A DNA stretch of 64,000 nucleotides, taken from the NCBI RefSeq assembly GCF_006345805.1, contig NC_043024.1, positions 16,616,001 through 16,680,000 of the forward strand, in the 5' to 3' direction. The translations under genes and the position numbers were made by a program. Source of the stretch: Octopus sinensis (Eukaryota). Each line of letters begins with the position of its first letter. The first letter of the stretch is position 1. The notes beneath the pieces were generated by a model. It had not been told where the DNA came from, did not search any database, and worked only from the letters and a program-made list of their open reading frames with translations. Below are positions 39,002-52,834 of this stretch, one piece after another.

Positions 39002-40208
39002 TGTATGTATATAATATGTATGTATATATATATATATGTATATATAGGTAGTATGTATATATATATATATGTATATATATGTATGTATGATATTATATAT
39101 GTATGTATGTATATATATATGTATGTATGTATATATATATGTATGTATATATATATGTATGTATGTATATGTATGTATGTATATATGTATGTATGTTATA
39201 TGTATGTATGTATATATATGTATGTAGTATATATGTATTATGTATATATATATGTATGTATATATTATGTATTATATATATATGTATTATGTATATATAT
39301 TATATATATATATGTATGTATATATATATGTATGTATATATATATGTATGTATAATAATGTATGTATATATATATGTATGTATATATATATGTATGTATA
39401 TATATATGTATGTATATATATATGTATGTAATAATATGTATGTATAATATATGTATGTATGTATGTTATGTATAGTAATATATATATGATGTATTATATA
39501 TGTATGTATCTATATATATGTATGTATATATATAGTATATATATATATATGTATATATATATGTATGTATATATATATGATGTATATGTATATATGTAAG
39601 ATGTATGTATGTATATATATATATATGTATGTATATATATATATATATGTATGTATATATATATATATATGTATGTATAATATATATATGTATGTATATG
39701 TATGTATATATATATATATGTATGTATATATATATATATATGTATGTATATATATATATATATGTATGTATATATATATATATATGTATGTATATATATA
39801 TGTATATGTATGTATATATTATATTATGTATGTAATATATATATATATGTATGTATATTTATATATATATATATGTATGTATATATATATATATATATGT
39901 ATGTATATATATATATGTATGTATATATATTATGTATATGTATGTATAGTATATATATGTATGTATATATATATATATATGTATGTATATATGTATGTAT
40001 ATATGTATGTATATATGTATGTAATGTATATATGTATGTATATATATATATATGTATATGTATATATGTATGTATATATATATATATGTATGTATATATG
40101 TATGTATATATATATATAGTATGTATATATGTATGTATATATATATATATGTATGTATATATAGTATATATGTATGTATATATATGTATATATGTATGTA
40201 TATATATG

Positions 40209-40244
<36 letters not shown>

Positions 40245-40714
40245 TATATGTATGTATATATATGTATATATGTATGTATATATATGTATATATGTATATA
40301 TATGTATATATGTATGTATATATGTATGTATATATGTATGTATATATATGTATATATGTATGTATATATATGTATATATGTATGTATATATGTATGTATA
40401 TATGTATGTATATATGTATGTATATATGGTATGTATATGTATATATATGTATGTATATATAGTATATATGTATGTATATATATAGTTATATATGTATGTA
40501 TTATATATGTATATAGTATGTATATATGTATGTATATATGTATGTATATATGTATGTATATATGTATGTATATATGTATTTGTATAGTATGTATGTATAT
40601 GTATGTGTATATAGGTATGTGTAATATGTATGTATATATATTGTATGTATGTATGTATATATGTATGTATGTATGTATATATGTATGTATGTATATATGA
40701 TGTATGTATGTATG

Positions 40715-40745
<31 letters not shown>

Positions 40746-41429
40746 ATATATAATGTATGTATGTATGATATATATATGTATGTATGTATATATATATAGT
40801 ATGTATGTATATATAGTATGTATGTTTATGTAATATATATATGTATGTATGTATATATATATATAGTATGTATGTATATATAATATGTATGTATATATAT
40901 ATGTATGTATGTATATATATATATGTATGTAGTATATATATAGTATGTATGTATGTATATATATATATGTATGTATGTATATATATATATTATGTATGTA
41001 TATATATTGTATATGTATGTATATATATATATGTATGTATGTATATATATATATGTATGTATGTATATATATTATGTATATGTATATATATATATGTATG
41101 TATATATATATGTATGTATGTATGTATATATATGTATGTATTATATGTATGTATGTATGTATATATATGTATGTATGTATGTATATATATGTATGTATGT
41201 ATGTATATATATATATGTATGTATGTATATATATATGTATGTATATATATATAGTATGTATGTATATATATGATGTATGTATTATATATATATGTATGTA
41301 TGATGTAATATATATGTATGTTGTATATATATATATGTATGTATGTATATATGTATGTATATATATATGTGTTATGTATGTATATATATGTATGTATGTA
41401 TATATATGTATGTATGTATATTATATATG

Positions 41430-41461
<32 letters not shown>

Positions 41462-41602
41462 TGTATGTAGTATATATATGTATGTATGTATATATATATA
41501 TGTATGTATTTATATATATGTATGTATATATATATATGTATGTATGTATATATGTATATGTATGTATGTATATATATATGTATGTATGTAATATTATATA
41601 TG

Positions 41603-41634
<32 letters not shown>

Positions 41635-41682
41635 TATGTATGTATGTATATATATATGTATGTATGTATATATATATATATG

Positions 41683-41728
<46 letters not shown>

Positions 41729-42607
41729 TGATGTATGTATGTATATATATAATATATATATGTATGTATGTATATATATGTATGTATGTATGTATATATA
41801 TGTATATATGTATGTATGTATATATATATGTATGTATATATATATATGTATGTATATATATATATGTATGTATATATATATATGTATGTATGTATATATA
41901 TGTATGTAGTATATATATATATATGTATGTATGTATATATATGTATGTATGTATATATATATATATGTATGTATGTATATATATATATGTATGTATATAT
42001 ATATATGTATGTATATATATATATATGTATGTATATATATATATGTATGTATGTATATATATATGTATGTATATATATATGTATGTATATATATATGTAT
42101 GTATGTATATATATATGTATGTATGTATATATATATGTATGTATGTATATATGTATGTATATATATATGTATGTATGTATATATGTATGTATATATATAT
42201 ATATGTATGTATGTATATATATATGTATGTATGTAATATGTATGTATGTATGTATATATGTATGTAGTATGTATATATGTATGTATGTATGTATATATGT
42301 ATGTATGTAATATAATGTATGTATGTATATTATATTGTATTGTATATATTATATATATGTATGTATATATATATATATGTATGTATATATATATATATGT
42401 ATGTATATATATATGTATAATGTATGTATATATATATATGTATGTATGTATATATATATATTATATGTATGTATATATATATATATGTATGTATATATAT
42501 ATGTATGTTATATAATATATATGTATGTAATATATATATGTATGTATATATATATGTATGTATATATATATGTATGTTGTATATTATATATGTATGTATG
42601 TATATAT

Positions 42608-42639
<32 letters not shown>

Positions 42640-43147
42640 TGTATGTATGTATGTATATATTATGTATGTATATATATATGTATGTATATATATATGTATG
42701 TATTATATATATGTTATGTATATATATATGTATGTATATATATATGGATGTATATATATATGTATGTATATATAGTATGTATGTATGTTATATATATGTA
42801 TGTAATATATATATGTATGTAATATTATATATGTATGTATATATTATATATGTATGTATATATATATAATGTATGTATATATATGTATATATATATATAT
42901 GTATGTTATATATAATATATGTATGTAATATATATATATGTATGTATATATATATATATGTATGTATAATATATATATGTATGTATATAATATGTATATA
43001 TATAGTATGTATATATAATATGTATGTATATTATATGTATATATATATGTATGTATATATATATGTATGTATATATATATAGTATGTATATATATATATG
43101 TATGTATATATATATATGTATGTATATATATATGTATTATATATATG

Positions 43148-43178
<31 letters not shown>

Positions 43179-43324
43179 GTATGTATATATATATATGTAT
43201 GTATATATATTATATTATGTATATATATATATATGTATGTATATATATATGTTATTGTATATATTAGTATGTATATATATATATTGTATAATATTATATA
43301 TGTATATTATATATATATGTATGT

Positions 43325-43365
<41 letters not shown>

Positions 43366-43399
43366 TATATGTATGTAGATATATATATATGTATGTATT

Positions 43400-43435
<36 letters not shown>

Positions 43436-43589
43436 GTATGTTATATATATATATGTATGATATATATGTATGTATATATATGTAGTATATATATATATAT
43501 GTATGTATGTATGTATATATATATTAGTAGGATATTATGTAATATATTATATGTATGTATATATTATTAGTATGTTATAATATGTATGT

Positions 43590-43626
<37 letters not shown>

Positions 43627-44548
43627 GATATATGTATGTATATATATGTATGTATCTATATTATATGTATGTATATATATATATATGTATGTATATATAT
43701 ATATATGTATGTATATATATATAATGTATGTATATATAATATAGTATGTATATATATATATATGTATGTATATATATATATATGTATGTATATATATATA
43801 TAGTATGTATATATATATATATGTATGTATATATATATATATGTATGTATATATATATATATGTATATGTATATATATATATATGTATGTATATATAATA
43901 TATGTATGTTATATATATATATGTATGTATAATAATATATATGTATGTATATATATATATATGTATGTATATATATATATATGTATGTATATATATATAT
44001 GTATGTATATATTATATATTGTATGTATATATATATATATGTATGTATATATATAATATGTATGTATATATATATATATGTATGTATGTATATATATATA
44101 TGTATGTTATATATATATATGTATGTATGTATATATATATATATGTATGTATATATATATATATAGTAGTGTATAATATTATATGTATGTATATAATATA
44201 TGTATGTTGTATATATATATATGTATGTATTATATATGTATGTATGTATATATATGTATGTATATATTGTATGTTATGTATGTATGTATGTATATATATA
44301 TATGTATGTATGTATAGTATGTATGTATGTATGTATATATATATATGATGTATGTATTATATATATAGTATGTATATATTATGTATGTATGTATATATGT
44401 ATTGTATGTATGTATGTATTATATATGTATGTATGTATGTATATATTCTATATAGTATGTATGTATTATGTATGTATGTATGTATATATATATATATGTA
44501 TGTAGTATATGTATTATGTATATATATGTATATGTATGTATGTATATG

Positions 44549-44589
<41 letters not shown>
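34612..44589. repeat. ~10-kb compound (TA)n/(TATG)n microsatellite
   Basis: Direct reading; the + strand is almost devoid of C, and there are many scattered single-base irregularities. Confidence 0.97.
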
Positions 44590-44592
<3 letters not shown>

Positions 44593-45185
44593 GGTGCCCC
44601 AGCATGGCCACAGCTCGTGAGCTGAAACTAGATAAAATAAAAAAAATATATATAATATATATATATATACATACATGCACAGACATATATCTATATATAT
44701 ACTTTTTGTGTTTGTGTGTGTGTATCTATATATATACTTTTTGTATGTGTGTTTGTTTGTGTGTGTGTATATATATCATCATCATCACTTAATATTTGTT
44801 CTCTGTGCTGGCATGGGTTGGACTCATTCACACATTATATATAAATATATATTTATTCTTCTGTGTGTGTGTACAGACACACACATACACACAGAGGCAC
44901 ATAATCACATATACATTAATATAAACACTGAAAAATTGTTTGATGAAAATGAATATAAGAGATGTATGTGCCTAGAACACACATATACACACTGTGTTTG
45001 ACGTACAAACATAAATGCAGGTAACATTGACTGCCAATCACAGGTGAATATGACTGTATAGATCCATCGATCTTTATTTCATCTTTCATTCTTTTATTCT
45101 GTCATTCCTTCATACACTCACCTGTTTATCACTATCTTATTTACCTGGCCTCTCCTGTCGTCTCTCTGCAGTTTTACTGTAGCTT

Positions 45186-45218
<33 letters not shown>

Positions 45219-45379
45219 CTATACACACTCACACCGACACATGCACACTTGTGAATATATATGTCATCATCATTTTAACGACTACTTTTCCATGCTTTCA
45301 TGGGTCAGGTGAGAGAGTATGTTGGGGCACTTTTCTATGACCAAATGCTCTCACACTGTATATGTACATGTATATATAT

Positions 45380-45567
45380 GTATACTGTTTGTCTGTCTGT
45401 CAGTCTATCTATCTGTCTATGTATGTATGTATGTATGTATGCATGTATGTGTGTATGCATGTATGTATGTATCTATCTATCTATTTGTCTGCCTGTCAGT
45501 CTATCTGTCCATCCGTCCGTCTGTCCTTTCGTCTGTCTGTCTGCCTATCTATCTATCTATCTATCTA

Positions 45568-45604
<37 letters not shown>

Positions 45605-45780
45605 TTATCTGTCTGTCTGTCTATCTGTTTATCTGCCTATCTATCTATCTATCATCTATCCATCCGTCCATCCATTTAGCTATCTATCTGTCTATTAATC
45701 TGTCTCTTGACCTATTTGTCTGTCTGTCCGTCCGTCCGTCCATTTATCTACCTATTTGTTTATCAAGTTGTCCATCTGCA
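45380..45780. repeat. Compound (TCTG)/(TCTA)/(TATG) microsatellite
   Basis: Direct reading. Confidence 0.9.
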
Positions 45781-46068
45781 TTACTGTCGGGTGAAGAAGT
45801 TTGCTTTCCAATCACATGCTTATGAGGCACATGTCTAATACTATAATACCCTAACTGAAGTTCTGTGAATGGATTTGGTAGATGGAAACTGAAAGAAGCC
45901 CTTTGTGTGTATGTATACATGTATGTGTCAATGTTTGTTTCACTGGTACTTAATTTATCAACCCTGAAAGGATGAAAGGCAAAGTCGACCTTAGTAGAAT
46001 TTGAACTCAGAATGCTACTAATCATTTCACCTGGTATGTTAAATATTCTGCTAGCTTACCGCCTTGAC

Positions 46069-46097
<29 letters not shown>

Positions 46098-46100
<3 letters not shown>

Positions 46101-46890
46101 ATGGAGGACTCCATCCAGGAGCAGGAGTAGCAAGATTATACATACCTAGAAAGGAAGGTGGAAGAGGGTTAATGTTAGTAGAAGACTATGTGGCGTTAGC
46201 TAGAGTAGATATAGTGAAGAATGTTTATTGAAAGCTGCTAGAGTCACAGCAAGACATAGGGAAACCAGACGAAGTTAAAAGCCAAAAAAGAGAACAAAAA
46301 TTATCTGAATGTCAAGAGAAAGCTTTGCAAGATAAATTCCCAAAGATAGTTGCAGTGAATAGTAGTAGTGAGACATGGTTATGGTTGCAGAAAGGAGAGC
46401 TGAAAAGAGAGACAGAAAGTTTGTTAATAACATCATAAGATTAAGCATTAAGGACTAATTGGATAAAAGCCAAGATAGACAAAAACTAAGTAGATTCCCA
46501 ATGATAGTTATGCAAATTGAAAGAGGAAAGTGTTACTCATGTAGAAAGTGAATGTAGCCTGCTGACACAGAAAGGATACAAGAAAAGACATGGCAACCTA
46601 GGGAGAGTAATCCACTGGAAGTTCTGTAAGAAGCTAAGATTTGAACATATCGATAAATGGTATGAACATGAACCTAGTAAAGTACTAGAAAGTAAGAAAT
46701 ACAAGATGTTGTGGGACTTTAACATTCAGACTGACAGAGTAATAGAAGTGAGAAGGTCTGGTTTAGTAGTAGCAGACAAAGAGAATAGAAAGTGCCAGAT
46801 AATTGACTTTACAGTCCCAAATGATGAAAAATATGAGAAGTATAGAAAAAATAGTCAAGTGCCAGGACCTAGCCATTGAATCACAGAGAC
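46098..46890 (+). mobile_element. R4/Dong-clade LINE fragment (RT thumb, CCHC, start of REL)
   Basis: GGLHPGAGVARLYIPRKEGGRGLMLVED; LKRETESLL...ALRTNWIKAKID; ESVTHVESEC...YKKRHGNLGRVIHW; MLWDFNIQTDRVIE. (AAT)n on both sides. Confidence 0.88.
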
Positions 46891-47533
46891 AATGCTCTCT
46901 CACTCACTAATAATAATAATAAGACTAAAAAAAGAAGTTTCTAACAATAATCTACATCAACAAAAAAAGGTATGTGTAGTTCTCTTAGACATATGTAAAT
47001 GTGTGTGTGTGTGCTTGTGTGTATCTTGTGAGGTATTTAATATACTCTTTCTGACTTTGTTGTTCAAATGTAGGCCTCTGGCTACTCAGATTTGTTTCTC
47101 TTACTTCGTGTTTCATTTATGCAAATTGGAAAAGCCATGAATATGTTCTATTCAATCTCATTATACATCTGTAAATGTCTTGTTCCGCTGGCTCCAAGGT
47201 GGGGCAAACGTTGTGCTGATGATAGCTACTGAGGCTGAAATATATATTGACAACACTCTCTTTATCTTTAGACTGTTTTTTTTTTTTCATGTTAAATTTG
47301 GTGAATATTTAATTCTTGACATTATTTCCCCTTCTCATTTGGAGCTGCTTCCAATTACTTCCAAGCAAACTGTTCCACATTCCTTTGAAATGGAGATGAT
47401 TTCAACAAATTAAGACTTTATGCCTGTTATGCGGAATCTAATATACCTTTATTCATCTTCATTATTCACACACATCATTGATAACTCTGGTTATTTTTCT
47501 TAACTCATCTTCATATACATGTGTGTGTGAGTA

Positions 47534-47578
<45 letters not shown>

Positions 47579-47686
47579 ATGTATGTGTGTGTGTGTGTGT
47601 GTGATATACAGACAAGGAAGTAATAGCCATGAAAACAGTAGAAAGGTTGGGTATCTTACCCTTATATGATGTAAAAAAGTTGTCAG

Positions 47687-47760
47687 TGGACAGTCACAGG
47701 ACTCGAACCAGCACCTCTCAGATACCAGCTGAGTACTCTACCAATGAAGCTAAACTGCCC
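47687..47760 (-). tRNA. tRNA-like cloverleaf (GGT anticodon), probably a repeat head rather than a functional tRNA
   Basis: GGGCAGT/ACTGTCC acceptor stem, GCTT-CATTGGTA-GAGT D arm, CTCAG-CTGGTAT-CTGAG anticodon arm, GG-TTCGAGT-CC T arm with one mismatch. Confidence 0.55.
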
Positions 47761-47883
47761 ACTGACAACAGTAACTCAGCTGCTTTCTGGGAAGTGTGGG
47801 TTCAAGTCATGTGGTGTCAACTGACAACTTATTCCCTCATTTAAGGGTAAAATATCCACTCTTCCTCCTGTTTTCACAAGTAT

Positions 47884-48250
47884 ACTCTTTTACTTGTTTC
47901 AGTCATTTCACTGTGGCCATGCTGGAGCACTACCTTTAGTCGAGCAAATCAACCCCAGGACTTAATCATTGTAAGCCTAGTACTTATTCTATCGGTCTCT
48001 TTTGCCAAATCGCTAAGTTATGGAGATGTAAACACACTAGCATCAGTTGTCAAGTGATGTTGGTAGGACAAACATATACACATATGAGACAGGCTTCTTT
48101 CAGTTTCCATCTATCAAATCCACTCACAAGGCTTTAGTCAGCCTGAGGCTATAGTGGAAGACACTTGCCCAAAGTGCCATGCAGTGGGACTGAACCCGGA
48201 ACCATGTGGTTCGTAAGCAAGCTACTTACCACACAGCCACTCTTACGCCT
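47884..48250 (-). mobile_element. SINE family B, CpG-decayed
   Basis: Reverse complement of family B. Confidence 0.88.
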
Positions 48251-48384
48251 ATGTTTATTGTTTTTGAAATATTACTTTCTCATCTGTTTGACATGATACA
48301 CATTCGATGCTTCCCAAAACAAAAAGATGTTTGTTTACATATGTTGTTTCATATGTGTGTGTGTGTGTGCATATATGTACATAA

Positions 48385-48695
48385 CTGGCACTCCGTTGTG
48401 TTCCAATTGATCTGATCAATGGAACAGCTTGCTTACGAGATTAACGTGCAAGTGGCTGAGCACTCCACAGACACATGTACACCTTCATATACTGTTCAGT
48501 GGGATTCAGTGTCTCACAGAGAGTGAAAAGGCTGGTTCCTTGAAATACGGGTGCTATTAATTTTTGCCAGCTGAGTGGACTGGAGTAATGTGAAATAAAG
48601 TGTCCTGCTGAAGGGTACAAAACTCTGCCCAGAATTGAACTCATGATATTATGATCGTGAGCTAAATACCCTAACCACTAAGCCATGTTCCTTCA
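48385..48695 (-). mobile_element. tRNA SINE with family C-type 3' tail
   Basis: Head tggcttagtggttagggt at ~48690; tail shared with 16190-16390. Confidence 0.75.
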
Positions 48696-49064
48696 CACAC
48701 ATACATCCATACATATATGTAAAAGAATTGAATATATAGAGTCAACAGGAAGGAGTATGTTTAGACAGATATTTAATAAACACTACACAGATTTCAATAC
48801 AACATAGATCCACATATACACAGGATTTAGATTAAGCAATGGTTTACCTGTATAATAGAATCCAGTTGTATCACCTCAGGTGATATATATAATCGCAGTC
48901 CCTGTAAGTAAATCTCAGACTTTGATGCTAACACATCCAACTGGCTCTTTTCATGTGTAAACACACACATGCACACACATACATATACACATACAGATAC
49001 ACATGCACGCGCACACACACACACACATAATATATGTATATACATATATATATTATATATATAA

Positions 49065-49095
<31 letters not shown>

Positions 49096-49100
49096 TAGAT

Positions 49101-49262
49101 GTATATATATTATATATGTGTGTATAGATATACATATATGTGTATATATACACACACATATATTATCATCATCATCATCATTTAACGTCCGCTTTCCGTT
49201 AAATGATGATGATGATGATGATATGTGTGTGTATATATACACATATATGTATATCTATACAC

Positions 49263-49280
<18 letters not shown>
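49101..49280. repeat. Foldback inverted duplication centred on a truncated RTE-type tail
   Basis: Arms 49101-49187 and 49197-49280, 9-nt loop tccgctttc. Confidence 0.85.
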
Positions 49281-49315
<35 letters not shown>

Positions 49316-49609
49316 CTGAGCGCCATACTAATACAATTGTTTGTTTGTTTTCCACCTGCCTTCGTCTTTTGTCTATTTTCATAAAGCTTCCCGTTATATA
49401 TATATATATATGGTTCAAAACAGTTTGATTCAAATTCGTTGGTTCTCTTGAGTTTAAAGCCAAAAAATGGCTGATGACTAGCATCATGCTTGAAACTCAA
49501 GAGTACCAACGAATTTGAATCAAACTGTTTTGATCCATACACATAACTCCCAATAAATTGGTTGGGTGCCCTTCTATTGTTTGTCCACTCACTCATGTAT
49601 ATATATATA

Positions 49610-49645
<36 letters not shown>

Positions 49646-49646
<1 letters not shown>

Positions 49647-50013
49647 AGGTGCAATGGCTCAGTGGTTAGGCCAGCGGGCTCGTGGTTGTAGGATCGTGGT
49701 TTTGATTCCCAGACTGAGCGTTGTAAATGTTTATTGCTCCACGAGGCTCTGGCAGGGGGTAGTGGCGAACCCTGCTGTACTCTTTTACCATAACTTTCTC
49801 TCACTCTTTCTTCCTGTTTCTGTTATACCTGTATTTCAAAGGGGCCAGCCTTGTCACACTCTGTGTCATGCTGAATCTCTCCTGAGAACTATGTTAAGGG
49901 TACACATGTCTGTGGAGTGCTCAGCCACTTCACTTGCATGTTAATTTCACGAGTAGGCTGTTCCGTTGATCGGATCAACTGCAACCCTCATTGCTGTAAA
50001 CGATGGAGCGCCA
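49646..50013 (+). mobile_element. SINE family C, full length, CpG-decayed
   Basis: Head as at 13747, tail as at 16190. Confidence 0.9.
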
Positions 50014-50044
50014 CGATAAATAAATAAATAAATATATTTTATTT

Positions 50045-50371
50045 TTTTACTTGTTTCGGTCATTTGACTGTGGCCATGCTGGAGCACCACCTTTACTCAA
50101 GCAAATCGCCCCCAGGACTTATTCATTGTAAGCCCAGTACTTATTCTATCGGTTTATTTTGCCGAAGCACTAAGCATTGGTTGTCAAGTGATGTTGGTGA
50201 GACAAACACAGACGCACAAACACACACACATATACGATGTCTTGTACTATAGCCTTGGTCGGCCCAAGGCTATAGTATAAGACACTTGCCCAAGGTGCCT
50301 CGCTGTGGGACTGAACTCAGAACTATGTGGTTGGTAAGCAAGCTACTTGCCACACAGCCATTCCTGTGCCT
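50045..50371 (-). mobile_element. SINE family B
   Basis: Reverse complement of family B. Confidence 0.85.
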
Positions 50372-50405
50372 GTATATAAATAAATAAATATATATATAAT
50401 TACAT

Positions 50406-50670
50406 CGTGGAAGGTGTTTATAAGCCGTTTAATAAACACACAAAAACCGTTAGATTCACTTCAACATTTAAATTTAATTTGCCAAAATATTTTCGTCGCT
50501 TTGAGATTGTGATCTGTTCACTGACAAAATTCTGTGCTGTATCTGAGAAAGTAACTGTTAGTTCATCTAACTAACTGTTACGAAAATATTTTGGCAAATT
50601 AAATTTAAATGTTGAAGTGAAACTAACGGTTTTTGTGTGTTTATTAAATGGCTTATAAACACCTTCCACG
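50406..50670. repeat. Inverted repeat: 91-bp arms (2 mismatches), 83-bp spacer
   Basis: 50406-50496 versus 50580-50670. Confidence 0.95.
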
Positions 50671-50738
50671 CTGCAATTGTTTTCATTCCAGCACACGAGC
50701 TCAGATCAGGTCACTTGCTATGCAAGTACATCTACATA

Positions 50739-50772
<34 letters not shown>

Positions 50773-51176
50773 AAATAAATACATCATATATATGTATATA
50801 AATAAATATATATATATATATATAATATATATCACATATATATATAAAATTATAAATGTGTGTCTCTGTGATATATGTATTATATCTCATACAATTTGGT
50901 CTATTATTTATTTCATTTTTATTTCCTTTTTCTGATTATATTGTTTTTATTTCATTATTTTTATTCTTCTTTCAACTTCAAGGGAAATGATTTTTTATTT
51001 CCTCTTATCTCAGTGAAACCGTTCCTTCCCCTGCATTTCTCATTTGCAACACTTGAGGCACTAGTCTTAGTCTTAGGAACTTTCTTATCACTAGCAAATT
51101 CTTTGCATTGACGGAATACATAAAACTGATTACATAAAAACCAAAACTTTATGCGTTTCTGTGTGTGTGTGTGTGT

Positions 51177-51217
<41 letters not shown>

Positions 51218-52637
51218 GTCACACATACCATTCAGTTTGCTGTAGCATACAACAATGCAGATTTCATTGTTTAGTTATACATGCACAAACACATGTATTA
51301 CATGTATTTATCACTACAGCCTTTACTCATAATCAAAGTTGATTTGGTACCGTGTACCTTAGTTTTGCGCTTGTTTTCTCTTGGGTACCCATTGAGTAGT
51401 GAGCAGGCTCAGACATTCTCTAGTTTTTGTTGTCAATTAAAGCAATGATGTTGTCATGTATGGAGAATCTTTACACCGGTATTAATAACACACTCACTGG
51501 TTCAATTCTATTCCTTCATTAATAATCAATTGGTTAAATATCTATCCAAATAACAAATTGATCATTTGTTTAATTTGGTTAAATAGTCAGATTTGGTTAA
51601 TACTTTTTTTTGTGCACCAAAGTTCTTTTGTTGCCATTCGCAACCCTTGCCGTTAAATGTCTTTGCAGCTAACCTTTTAGTTAGTCTAGGTACTTTAACC
51701 AATTGACTAACAATAAAGGAGTGGAACTGAACCAGTCCATGTGTTGTTAATATTGATGTAGTGACTCTCCCAAGACACCTTGATATTTGTTCCAATACAT
51801 GAATTCCCATAAAGAATCTTGCAATCCAGATACAAAATCGAAGGAAAGCAATGATGTAACTGAAGGACTAGTTTATTGAAATGAGGTTGGATAGTGAAAG
51901 GTGGAATCTGAGGTGAGACATAAAGACCCAGAACAGATATGGCAAGGCATCACAAGGCATTGCAAGGTGTCTGCCATTAAAGTACCTGGATTGCTACTTC
52001 ATTCCTCAATCACCGGTATAAAGCACCTGCTCAGATATTTTAATTATTAACCACCAAAATAAAGTACCAAGAATGGTACTTTATATGTCACCCAGATATA
52101 GAGTGCCTAAACTGGTACTTTATTTGTCAGCCATTTCAAAGCTATGAGGCAAAGATGATCTTGATAGGTTTTGAATGGGAGTACAGGTACCCTGAAAATA
52201 TATCGTAACACATTCTAGATGATGCTGTAAAGAATCTACCAATTTACTACTACTATATATATATATACACACACACACACACATGTATATATATGTGTGC
52301 GTGTGTGTATATATATATATGTGTGTGTGTATACACACACACACATGTATATACTGGAAATAGAATACATTATCTATATATGTATATATTCTAGATTTTT
52401 AAGGATCCTGGTGCAACAGATTTTGGGATCTAAGGATATGCCATAAAACTAAGCACTTTATGGACTGGAAACCTAAGGCAGCCCCATAAACCGGCCTTCC
52501 CCATTTCTCATATATACTGCTTTACATCTTAGAGTGTGCTACTTTTAAATTTGTCTTTTACAGGCAATAAATATATGTATATATATATATATATATATGT
52601 ATGTGTAATATGCATGTAAGGTGTGTGAATATATATA

Positions 52638-52685
<48 letters not shown>

Positions 52686-52787
52686 TAAACTCATTACATG
52701 TGCTTGCTGCCTCTGAAGAATTCTTTCTACCAGCCTTGAAGCATCTAGTGGAAAGACATAAAAACACAATTACAAATCATTTGATAT

Positions 52788-52834
<47 letters not shown>

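Noticed and set aside
34467-44792. Dozens of long ORFs (up to 440 aa) rich in M/Y/V/C/I
   Set aside because: They are translations of TA/TATG microsatellite, which lacks stop codons in most frames.
50497-50530. Hammerhead next to the 91-bp inverted repeat
   Set aside because: The minus strand has GAAA and a possible stem, but the CUGANGA core is not present.
51350-51830. LINE RT relic on the minus strand
   Set aside because: No diagnostic motif could be read.
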